In this document: positions 1 to 11,154 of the stretch, one piece after another | Numbering within the stretch: position 1 is the first letter of the stretch | How the letters are laid out: each line of letters begins with the position of its first letter | DNA from: Vezdaea acicularis | Taxonomy: Eukaryota | Assembly: GCA_026025075.1 (NCBI GenBank) | Contig: JAPEUI010000075.1 | Span: 1-64,000 of the forward strand | Reading direction: 5' to 3' | Length of the DNA: 64,000 bases | Notes under the pieces: generated by a model | Told to the model about the DNA's origin: nothing | Seen by the model: the letters and a program-made list of their open reading frames with translations, nothing else | Database searches by the model: none | Made by a program: the position numbers and the translations under genes

Positions 1-3000
1 TTGCTGGTCCTGTTCACTTCGCTCATGGGCCTAGCTATCCTTGCAATCACAACCTGGGTTAATAACTACAACTTCGTGGTGGATATTCGGTGAGCATGTC
101 CCGGCTCTGTTCTATGTTCGTGCTAGAGCTAATGGATTTTCTAGCTCTTCATCCTTAGCTCTGACTGCAAGTCTCAAAGCCTCGCAGATATCCTCGGAAC
201 TATTATTGCTGTATTCGCTCTGTGCAGCCATATCGAGTCGAGTCATCATTCAGAATGCTTTGGTCAGATACATCGACCAAGGCAATTCCTCTGATTCGAA
301 CTGGGTCAATTCCAGTTTGGATATACAAAGGGGCTTGGGGTCAGGGGCAAACTCTTTACTGTTGCAAGCCGTAATTTTGCCCAAAAACGACACTGGGCCT
401 AACGGGACCGACCCACTTGTGAAGGCCACAGGGGAGTTTGGGAATTCACCCATTGCGCTTCCAATCATAAGATCTAATGGCTCCCGTGTGAACCTGGGCG
501 ACGCCGACCTTGGCTACCCTCCTTCTCTATACCCGAACTTCACATATTCCGATACGGGAAATGTGTCGTTTCAGGGCAAGTCGATGACAACCCAGGCCAA
601 CGTTCTTCTAGGTCCATATCAGCTGAATGCGTCGTTCGCGCTTCTTTCCATAACCATTCCCGTTGTCGCGAATGAAACGAATATCCTTGGATATATGACT
701 GTCGTAGTATCAGCTCGGCAGATTTACAACGTTTTCAATTCCCAAGAGGGGCTGGCCAACACAGGCATACTCCTCTTGGCTGGGCCCAACTCACTCGACA
801 ACAGATTACCTGCGGGTGTCAGACCAAGTCCCAGCGACGGTTCCACTGGCAATTCCGTAGCCCAGAATACCCAAGCAAGGTTTATCTTCCCTCCAATGCA
901 GAATTCAACCCGAGGTCTACGGCATCAGATGCACAGTTATTCGAACTATAGTTCTCCGTGGCCGCTGAAGGACTTCCCTGCGTTTCTTGATGTTTTCACG
1001 GTATCCACGGGTCAGATCAATAATGCGGGTAGCATTCTCGCCTCGAAAAACGAGCAAGGGGATGCCGTAGCTGTGGGTTATGCTTTAATCGAGAGTATGC
1101 TGTGCAACTGGGCCTTGGTGATTGAGCAAGACGAAGGCGAAGCATTTGCGCCTATACACCACCTCCGAAATATCTTGCTTGCTTGTGTATTTGGCACCAC
1201 CGGAGGCGTACTGCTTTTCCTCTTCCCGATTGCGCACTATGCCGTGCGCCCTATCAGACGCCTTCGAGCGGCCACCAAACTATCGGTCGAACCGCGACAT
1301 CCTTCTTTGAGTAGTCGTCATGGGTCTCCAGGAGGCGAATCTGCTCACGAGGCGGGCTATGAGTCGCGCGACGAAGAACGTCAATACAAGAGCGAGAAGG
1401 GCGACTTCATGTCACGTGTGCAGAGGTGGAGAGGCCGCGGACAGAAGAGTGAAGTTGACGTGCAGGAAGACGCCCGGAGACGGAATTTCCATATCCCAGG
1501 CAAGGTGCTGGATCGAAAGCACATCATCCAGGACGAGCTCACTGATCTCACCAAGACCTTCAATGAAATGACCGAAGAACTGGTTAGTCAATACGAAAGG
1601 CTAGAGGTCAAAGTTCAAGAGCGTACTCACGAGCTTGAACTTAGCAAGAAGGCCGCGGAAGCCGCAAACGAGTCTAAGACAAGATTTGTTGCTAATATTT
1701 CGCACGAACTCAAAACACCGCTAAACGGAATCTTGGGTATGTGTGCTGTACTTTTGGCTGAGGAGGACATGACAAAGGTCAAGCGAAGTCTCCGTATAGT
1801 CTACAATTCTGGAGATCTATTATTGCATCTTCTTACCGACCTCTTGACCTTCAGCAAGAATCAAATTGGGCAGCAACTTAGCTTGGAAGAGAAGGAATTC
1901 CATCTAGCAGATATCAGTGCGCAGATCATGAGCATCTTCGATCGGCCTGCAAAAGAATCGAAGATCAAGTTTAAGATGGCGTTCCAGGGTCCCGGTGACC
2001 TTCCTGGGGAGCAATTTGGGGGTGGTTCCATAGAAAAAGGCTTTGGTCCTCCCGGAACTGGGCGAGTCAGGGATATGTGTCTCTGGGGCGACCAACACCG
2101 TATTCTCCAGGTTTTGATCAACCTTGTGAGCAATAGTTTCAAATTCACACCTGCTGGTCAGTCTGTCGAAGTGAGGATCAGGTGCCTCGGAGAGATGGAC
2201 GAAACAGCGGAAGTCGATGGAAGCCGACGTACATCTATACATTCTCGTCGTAGTTCTCAGAAGAGGGGAAAGAATTTTGGCCGAGTCGGATCTTCTGGTT
2301 CGAGATCTTCGGCGTTGTCTGGAATGCCCTCCGCTCATGAAGCGAGGCCACCCACGCATATGGATACCGCTTTGAGGATTAACGCTCTCGAATCGATGCC
2401 TCCATCCTCAACCATGATTCGAGAACGATCTGCCACACCGCCGCCACCAACTGCAGGGACGATGATATTCGAATTCGAAGTTGAAGATACGGGGCCTGGC
2501 ATCCCGGAAAATCAGCAGGAGCGCGTCTTCGAGCCCTTCATGCAAGGCGAATTGGGTTTAAATAGGAAATTCGGAGGAACGGGACTAGGCTTATCAATAT
2601 GCTCCCAGTTGGCCTCACTCATGAAAGGCACGATATCATTGCGGAGTCAGCCTGGGGTTGGCAGTACCTTTACAATGCGCATACCTCTCAAGTTTACAAA
2701 GCTCAGGAGCGGGAGTAGCGCTTCGAGCATTAATGAAAATTCGCGACGAAGTAGCTTCGTCTTGAACTCTCTTTCCGATGATACGCAAGCAGATATAGCA
2801 GCTCTAGAGAAGATCTCCTCAAATAGTGAGGGTATAGAGCTTACGAACCCGCCAGCGAGATTAGTTGGCTTGAGCCAGCCCTATTTCACCGATGGAGCTC
2901 CCATAAATTCTGCTGGTCAGCAGATGGCGTCCATCAAGAAGATTGCGGCAGAGATGACAAAGACTGGAGACAAGGTTCGCGTACTTGTTGCCGAGGACAA

Positions 3001-3646
3001 CAAAGTCAATCAGGAAGTAGTGCTGCGCATGTTGAAGTTAGAGGATATATACGGTCAGTTCAACATTAATGGCTACATTTATAGGCAGTTTACTGATATA
3101 CGTCCTCAGATGTCACGGTCGCTAAGGATGGCCAAGAGGCTTTCGAAAAGGTCAAGGCGAGCATGGGCACCGACAAGGAGTTCAACTTGGTTTTCATGGA
3201 CATCCAGGTATGAAGATCACCTTAGGCATTATCCGTAGTAGACTGACGCGTTCTAGATGCCGAATTTGGATGGCCTTCAGAGCACTCGACTAATAAGGCA
3301 GACTGGATTTCAAGCTCCCATCGTCGCTTTGACTGCCTTTGCCGAAGAGAGTAATGTCAAAGACTGTACGTTCGTACCGTCTCCTCACCATCTCGCATCT
3401 AACAAGGACTTAGGCATGGACTCGGGCATGAACCATTTTCTCTCGAAACCTATTCGTCGTCCCGCTCTCAAACAAGTCTTGAAGACATATTGCACGACCA
3501 TCATCGAAGAGCCTGAGAGCCAAACTGCCTCACCACCTCCAGCCTCACCCCATAACAACGACTCCTTCGGCACTACATTTGCCAAGGCAGATAATGTTGC
3601 CCTTACAAACGGCACGCCATCAGTGAAATCTGAGCAGCCGGTGTAG
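1..3646 (+). CDS. SLN1: Sln1/TcsB-type membrane hybrid sensor histidine kinase (start lies upstream of the window)
   Basis: TM helix then HAMP-like [14 protein letters not shown]-box [19 protein letters not shown]-box [15 protein letters not shown]-boxes DTGPGI and GGTGLGLSI; receiver VLVAEDN...FMDIQMP...LSKP. Introns read at 90-144, 3054-3109, 3208-3256 and 3366-3413. Confidence 0.93.
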
Positions 3647-4465
3647 TGAATAGATCTATTCATCTTCTCTTTTGTCCCTAAACCGCCCTAATCGTTTCAC
3701 CTTGCACATACTTTAAGCGTTGGCGTCCTGGTGGGATTTCTCTTTTTCGTGTGCTTCAGCGCTGGAGCTATTGTATAGGCAGAAGTGTAAATACGAGTGC
3801 TTGATTTGGCGTCTACAAAATACTTGGGCCGGTTGGAAAATCGGAAATTAGCATGTTGAACTATCATCGGGTGGGAGCGTCTTGCGTGTCGTGCGTGGGC
3901 TACTTACGACGAAAGGGGACACTCGTAGAAACGTAAACTCCGGGAAGCGATTCTGTAAGTCGGATAATCGTTGGCTAGCAAGAAGAATGAAGTGTACGAT
4001 AGGTACAATTGGCCTAGGGAGTAGCATATAGTAACAATAGTACTGCAGGCTATGAAACACCATGTCCATACTATCGCGTATTGTCCCGCATTGCCCCTTA
4101 TCTCTTGACTCGAAGCACTAGAATAGCCAATAAGCCCTGCCTGTGTTCAATTGCTGCCCGACGTCATTCAGGACAATCAGGGATGTGTTCTGCTATTGTC
4201 GTGGAAACGATAGCGTCATGTGTTGACGCGTGAGCCACGCCTGGCTGAAAATTTTGCGTGTGTGCGTGTTGAAGCTTCACGACACACTGTGTTCAGGAAA
4301 TTGCATATAAAGCTCCACCCACTTCCCACTCTTTCTCCTCCTCATCCAAAACCACATACGCAGTCTACCAGTCTTACTCTTGACCAGTTCCAATCACTCA
4401 CTCACCCACTTCCACCACTTTTTACTTCTTTACTCCGGACTTTTCCTCAGTACACATCTCTCACG

Positions 4466-7400
4466 ATGCAGTCTTCTACCAAGAAGATAGCGACGGGGAA
4501 GATCTCCGAGAAGGAGGACAAGATCGAGGATCCTGCTGTGAGGGCCACAGACGCTCAACTGGCCTCACGCAGGTAAGTCATGCCAACCAAAAGATATCAA
4601 CCACATCCTATCTCGTCATCGTTCTGCCAGAACGATATGATTCTCCCTTGCAGAACCATCTGCTTGCTCCGCCGGTCGCCAAGGCATATTTTGAGTACTT
4701 GCTGACGGTTGAACTTTCATCTGCAGGATAAGAGAAAGGCCCAGGAGACAACAAACGGTTGTCCAGGCACGAAGGAGACCGACTGCGCCCTCCTTCACCG
4801 TTATGGTGAAGGAAAACCCAACGATCGATCCGGCACTCCTGCAAGAGGATGCCGATCGAATTACAAAAGCCAACGGAGCCTTTGGCATTGTTCCTCCCGG
4901 AGGAGCCTTCAACTTTGCCTCATCGGCCCAATGGAACTACGATGAGGCTGCGAAGGTAGCAGAGGCGGCGAAGGGCCAAGAAGGCCTCAACCACAAGGGC
5001 AGAAACCTCGCCGGTCTGCCGAAGGAAGATTTGGCCGTTCCGATGTTCGCCATCCGGAACGAAGATGGCTCCTCGGGACGAACTGTGCCCTTCTCACAGT
5101 TCGTCCAGGAGTCATTCGACACCGTCTCGAAGCCAGCAGCCACCGAATCGGCACCGGTGATCGCTGGCCAGACGGATTCCCAGGGACCGCCGCCGCCACC
5201 GCCAGCTCCCTCCTCCCCGGAGCCGGCATCCGCACCTCCCCCACCTCCCACGACGGCACCTCCACCCACCACACCTCTCGCGGCGGCACCACCTGCCGCC
5301 ACACCTCCCACCGCCGAACCCACCACCACCACCACCACTACCACCACCGCAACGCCCACCACCGCACCTCCCACCATGGCACCTCCCACCATGGCACCTC
5401 CCGCCATGGGACCTCCCGCCGCGTTGCCTCGCGGGCGTCTGGCGGCCCCACGACCTCTCGCCGCACCTCCCAGCGCCGCACCTTCCGCGGCCTTCACCAT
5501 GGGGCCGTCGACGATCGACCCGAGTCTGCTGAGCCAGGCTCCTCCCACCCACCAGCAGACTCCGGCCACGCCACCAAAGGTGGCTGGCCTGCCAGCGAAC
5601 CCCCCCGGGCCCGTCATGCCCAGTTCGCATCCTTTCGGCGACGCCTTCGCCAATCCCTTCGGCGCTTCGCCATCGCCGCCATCGGCGAAACCGAACGTGG
5701 GGCCCTCGCAACTATTGGGCCCCACAGTTCAGCCATCGACGCCGTCCGGCCCGCCAGCAGCGCCGGCTCAGCCCGTTATACCGGGTCTCACCGCCTTGGC
5801 CCCGGAGCCATCGAAGGCAGTGAAGCCATCGGAGGCGGCGAAGTCTTCGAAGGCACCGGAGGCATCGATGGCACCAAAGCCATCGGTGCAGCCGAAGAAA
5901 GGGGGGCTCTCGCACCCATGGAGCCCTCCCGTCGCCGCCCAGCCAGCTGTTGCCCCCAGCAATAGCTTTGAGGCCGGCGCGTTTTCGATGGGGCAAATGG
6001 CGGACAGCTTGCTGGCAGCTGGGGATCTCCACATGAACGGCGAGGAAGCCTTCATGATGGAAGATATGGTCGAGGGGATGGAAGATGTGGTGGAGGATGG
6101 GAACGGCCGGACCTTCTGGACTCCCCCGTCGGTTCCAGGGAGTGGTCCTACGATACCACCCTGGAATTCTCCAGCAAACCCTCACTGGGCGCCAAGTCCG
6201 AGTGAGAGTTTTTCATTTGAGGACCTCCTGGATAGCGTCCTTGCAGGAAATCCGGAATACGACGATGGAGATCGGATGAAGATCTCGGAGGAAGAGCCGA
6301 TGGTCTCGGAGTCTGGGCCGATTGACGGCCCAGACTCGATGGTAATTGAGGAGGAGTTTCCTGCGGAAACTCCTGCCTCCGAGCCCACTGCTGTGCAGCA
6401 GCAGCAGTGGGCCGTAGAACAAGAAGAACGTCTCCGGCAAGAGCAGCAGGACCTGATGGCCCGACAAGAGGAGGAACGCAAGCTCCAAGAGGAGGAAAGG
6501 GCGCACGCCATGGAACAGGACCATGAGCGCCATCTCCAGGAAACGCTGGAGTCCCAGGCCCGGGAACACCAGCAGCAGCTCGAGCGACAACAAGCCGAGC
6601 ACGCTCAAGCGGTCCGCCGCTTCGAAGAGGAGCGGGCGTCTCTGGTGCAGCAGCAACAACAGCAGCTGTGCCAGCAACACGAGGCGCAGAGGGCGTTCCT
6701 GGCCCAGCAGGAGCATGCTCATCGAGAGCAGCAGCGCCAGCTCCAGGCGCAGCTCAAGCTGCTCCAGCAGCAGCAAATGCTCCTTGCCCAGGAGCATTAT
6801 GCCCGGGAACAGCACGAGCGCCTGATCCGGGCCCAGATGGAGGAGGAACTGCGCCAGCGGGAGGCGCAAGCAGAACAGCAGCGCCAGTACCAGGCGTACT
6901 TGGAGGCCGAGCATCAACTGATGCTCGAGCAAGGACGACTGCTCCAGCAGCAGCTGGCGGCGGCAACGGCGATGGGTGAGGTTGGCGTCTCACCCATCCG
7001 ACAGTCAGCTCACGCTAACACTAGCGTGAGCATCGACGCGTCAAAGCCAGAGTCCGCAGACTCTGAGTTTTTCAACAACGCCGCCAACGCCGCCAGCCTC
7101 GACCAGCAACCGGCGAATCCACCAGCGACGAACACCATGGCCGCACCATCTCAGAGTGCGAGCAGCAGCACCCCGACACCGATGCATTTCACCGCTGAGC
7201 AAGAGGAAGAGGTTCGGGCCTACTTCCGATTGCGAGGACTCAACTCGGCCATGGGCCAGATCGCCTCAACGAGCGCACCCACGCAGGATCTGATGCGTGC
7301 GGTGTCGCACTATGCGCTTGCTCGAGAATCGATCTTGAGCAAGTTGCCGCCGACCAAGAGAAATGCTGAACGGGCATTTGGTTTCGAGGCCGTGACGAGC

Positions 7401-10049
7401 TCGTACAAAGAGCGAAATGGCCCGGCGGTGCGAGAATCGTTGACGCCGGTGGACAGCCAACCCAAGCTGTCCGAGCGACCACCTCTCGCAGAGTCTGCAA
7501 GCAGGCCAAAGAGAGGCGCCGAATTCCAGCTGACGAGGGACATCGTCGAAGGGCTGGAGAGCTCTGAAGGGGACGTGGACACCAGCACTCCCACCAGAGC
7601 CACGCCGATAGCAGGCCGAAAGATCGCAACGCCAAAGTCTCCGAAATCGAGATTTGCGACGGCATCGAAAGCGTCCAGCATCTTCAAGACGCTGATGGAA
7701 CAGGGCCCCAGCGACTCCGAAGTCCGGGGCCCTCAGCTGAACTCCACCGCTCCTCCGACACCGACCGTGGCTGGCCAGAGCCTAAACCCGCCCAGCAAGC
7801 GCTCATCGCCCGAACCCGAAGATGAGCCGTCACCCAAGAAGCGCCATCAAGATCGACAGCCAGCAACGTCGACTGCTTCTCCCGCGACAATTTCCCAAAC
7901 TCCGACGTTTGGAAGTGGCTTCGTGCCCACGCTCGGTGGGCCAAGTCAAGCAAGTGGTGGCATCGAGCCCCCAGTCTTTGGTGCTGTCGGAAGTGGGCAA
8001 GACTTCATGGCCCAGTTCGGAAAGAAGGCTGCCCTCACCGCTGAGCAGGAAAAGCAAAAGCGAAAGGCTGAGGACTTCGACTCGGACGATGAAACCGAGG
8101 AGCAATGGGAACGCCGGGATGCAGCAACGCAGCTGGCGAAGAGACAAAGGATGCTCAATGAAGCAGTGACGGTACAAACTAAGTTTGACCCAGCCGAGGG
8201 CTTCTCCTTTGTGCCAGCTGCCCATCCCAAGGCGTCTGAGGAGACGACATCTCCAGTCAAGAATCCCTTTGCTCCTTCGGCAGCGTCGAGTGCCAACGAA
8301 GCGCAGCCATCTCCAGCGTTCAACTTCGGGCCTGCCAGCACCGACGATAGAGGCAGCACCAGCCCAGGCAAAGGACCTTTTGCCGAAGTCAAGGTGTCAT
8401 CGTCCGCAAGCAGGGCGCCAGCTTCGCTTTTCCAATTCGGCAGGGCTTCAACCACCGGTGGCTCTGGCATCGCGCTTTTCGGTTCGAACCGGTCAAGTCC
8501 TGGACCGTCGACCAGCGCTGGGGCTTCTGTTTTCGACAGTCCTCAGCTCATGGCGCAGTCGAGATCTATCGATCCGACGAACATCTTCGCCAGCCTCAGC
8601 GCGAACAACAGCAAGGTCGCAACTCCGATCGAGGTCTCCTCCGACGAGAGTGAGTCTGGTGAAGAGGAAGACGCTGGTGAGCCTGACGAAGAGAAGGCGC
8701 AGACCTCCACTGAAAGTAGCACTGGTGCGGGCAGCTCGAGCGAGAGCAAAGAGCAGTCGGAAAACGGAGCTGGGGCTAGGTCCTCAGCAGAAGACAATCC
8801 TTCGGATGGAGGTAGCCGGACCGGGTTGGAGTCATCCCAACCACCGAGGTTTGCAGAGGGAAGAAGTTTCGCGGACAGGATGACGACCAGCGATGGCAAA
8901 CCGCTACATCCTCGCGACGATGAGGCTGAAGAACCAACAGCAAAGCGGGCCCAAAGCTTCTTCGAGGCCCCGAGGGTAGTCGACGGTGCCACTGCGACGC
9001 AAGCGCCGCACAGCAACATCTTCGGCATGAGTACCTCTGCCGCCAATGCTCCCTCCCCTCTGGCCGGGCTGTTTGGCAACCCCACGCCAAAGGCGACTGC
9101 CAATCCGAATCCCTTCGAGGCCGCCAAACCCACCGAACCGACAACGAAGCCGGGCCTGTTCACCTTCGGTAGCTCTACCGATGGGGCAACGAAGCCGGGC
9201 CTGTTCACCTTCGGTAGCTCTACAGATGGGGCAACGAAGCCGAGCCTTTTCGACTTCACCATTCCCGCCGCTGCTACGACGAAGCCGAATCCTTTCAGCT
9301 TCGCAAGCCCTGGTGGGGACAACACATGGAAGGCCGGCTCTCCCCTAAAGTTCGGGAGTGATGTCCCGGCTTTCAACTTCGGAATGGATGCTCCTCGAAT
9401 CAGCATCACTTCAGCGAGCCCGGGAACGAAGACCACCGCCCAAGGATCTGAGGCCACTCCTCAGCCTCCAGCAAACATCTTTGGGATCCCAAAGATGTCC
9501 ACGGATTCCAGCACTCCCTTCGGCGGCCAGCCTATCAACGCAGCTCAAGCAATGTTGACTGCTCCTGGTGCCACGTCTGCGTCCGATTCGAGGGCGACGT
9601 CTCCTGGCGCAACCACCGACACTGGAGGCGAGAGCGCGGCCGATTCAGGTGCCGAAGCCCCTCAAGAGCCTGCTGAGGCTGAAGGTTACGACCTCAGCTT
9701 CGTCTCGCCGTCGACGGAATCCGAGGAAGTCTTGTTCGATGTCAAGGCAAGGGTACATGTCCTCAAGGTAGGAGAGAAGCGCTGGACACTCAACGGTGTC
9801 GGCGAATTCTACCTCCTGAAGGACAAGGAATCGAAGAAGGCACGCATGGTCATCAAGAAGTCCCCAAACGGCCAGATCGCTCTCAACGCCAACGTAATCA
9901 AGGGTGGAAGCTACAAAATCCACCACGAGAAGTCCATCCTCATGATGGTACCGGTTGAGAGCGGGGTCGAACAATGGATTATGAAAGTCAGGAATCTTGC
10001 CGATGCCCAGAAGATGGTCGAGCTCCTCCAACTGGAGGCCGTTGCTTAG
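4466..10049 (+). CDS. NUP2: Nup2/Nup50-type nucleoporin (N-terminal NUP50-like motif, FxFG repeats, C-terminal Ran-binding domain), about 1809 aa
   Basis: ATG 4466 gives ...RATDAQLASRR. Intron 4573-4726 (GTAAGT...GCTGAC...CTGCAG) joins in frame to ORF 4803-10049. FNFG, FQFG, FTFG and LKFG repeats. C-terminus EEVLFDVKARV...W...GVGEFYLLKDKESKKARMVIK resembles RanBD1. Confidence 0.85.
9144..9255 (+). repeat. 45-nt coding tandem repeat, about 2.5 copies (TKPGLFTFGSSTDGA)
   Basis: acgaagccgggcctgttcaccttcggtagctctac(c/a)gatggggca at 9144 and 9189, with a partial third copy at 9234. Confidence 0.9.
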
Positions 10050-10096
10050 ACTCTTCGGGTGATGAAGCGGGTTCCTGCACTCATAGTCCAGGGAAG

Positions 10097-10449
10097 GGGA
10101 TCGAAAGATGAACGCGGCTTCTGACAAAAACTTGCCGGGATGACTACCATTGGAAGATGGTCGAGACTTGCGCTGGGGTGACTGATGGGGTAACGAGGCT
10201 TCTGCTGCAGACTTACCGGGACGATTACGACTGGAGGATTTTCGAGACTTGCGCTGGGGTGACTGCGACTGGAAGATGTTCGAGGCTTGCGCTGGGGTGA
10301 CTGCGACTGGGGGATGTTCGAGACTTGCGCTGGGTGAATGGGTAACGAGGCTTCTGCTGCAGACTTGCCGGGACGACGACGACGACCGAAAGATGGTCGA
10401 GGCTCACGATGAGGCGTGAGTTAATATGGGTAGCGAAGTTACTGCTGCG
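10097..10449. repeat. Mosaic higher-order tandem repeat (about 81-nt unit with an internally multiplied 38-nt subunit)
   Basis: CTTGCGCTGGG(G)TGA occurs 4 times, GGGTAACGAGGCTTCTGCTGCAGACTT twice plus one degenerate copy, and ACTTRCCGGGA 3 times. Confidence 0.85.
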
Positions 10450-10480
10450 CTTCTGCTACCCTCTCTTCTGTTCGAATACG

Positions 10481-10730
10481 ATTGAAAAACAATCGAAACC
10501 CGTGTTGGGCGACAGAAGTACTGGTTTGAGCAGCCGTCTGGGAGGTCGGCTGCTCAAACCATTGAAAAACAATCGAAGCTCGTGGTGGGCGACAAGAGTA
10601 CTGGTCTGAGCAGCCGTCTGGGAGGTCGGCTGCTCAAATTATTGAAACACGATCGAAGCCTGTGGTGGGCGAAAAATAATGGGTTTCTTCATGCCTTCTG
10701 GGAGGTCGGCTGCTAAAATCATTCAAAAAG
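10481..10730. repeat. 80-nt tandem repeat, 3 copies, with an internal hairpin (intact in copies 1-2, decayed in copy 3)
   Basis: Units start ATTGAAA at 10481, 10561 and 10641. Copy 1 has TGGTTTGAGCAGCCG (10522-10536) and its exact reverse complement CGGCTGCTCAAACCA (10547-10561). Confidence 0.95.
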
Positions 10731-10826
10731 GTGCATGTCCATACATAACGGTATGCATCGCGGTGAATGGACTTAGAATCTGCATTTCTTCACTATGCCA
10801 ATTGGGCATTTTACGGATGGTACCAC

Positions 10827-10885
10827 GGGTACTGGGTATTGGGAATTGGGAGTTGGGAATTGAACATTGGGCATTGGGGATTGGG
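10827..10885 (+). repeat. 7-nt GGG-containing minisatellite (G-quadruplex potential)
   Basis: gggtactgggtattgggaattgggagttggg...ttgggcattggggattggg. Confidence 0.8.
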
Positions 10886-10943
10886 TTTCCTGCATTTCTG
10901 CCCCATCAAGGGGCGTTACCCTTATGCTTTGGTGCCTATCACA

Positions 10944-11041
10944 TTGCGTTGCATTCCGTTGCATTGATTTTGCGTTGCTTTCGACTTGCGTTGCTTTGAC
11001 TTGCGTTGCCTTTGACTTGCGTTGCCTTTGGCTTGCGTTGC
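10944..11041. repeat. TTGCGTTGC-core 15-16-nt minisatellite
   Basis: (ga)cttgcgttgc(c)tttg-like unit, about 6 copies. Confidence 0.85.
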
Positions 11042-11154
11042 TTTTCTTCCCTCCCCCCTCTTCCCTTTCCCCTCCTCCCTTTCCCCCTTTCCCTTTCCTC
11101 CCTTCCATTTCCCCCCTTCCCTTTCCCTCCTTCCCTTTCCCCCCTTCCCTTCTC
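11041..11154. repeat. 114-nt polypyrimidine/polypurine tract
   Basis: Only C and T except a single A at 11107. Confidence 0.95.

Noticed and set aside
4937..9457. Many long antisense and alternative-frame ORFs over NUP2 (e.g. 4937-5725, 6213-6932, 8543-9457)
   Set aside because: Shadow ORFs from GC-rich, low-complexity coding sequence, with no family motifs.
10481..10730. CRISPR-like appearance (palindromic repeat with regular period)
   Set aside because: The sequences between the hairpins are copies of each other rather than unique spacers, there are no cas genes, and the DNA is eukaryotic.
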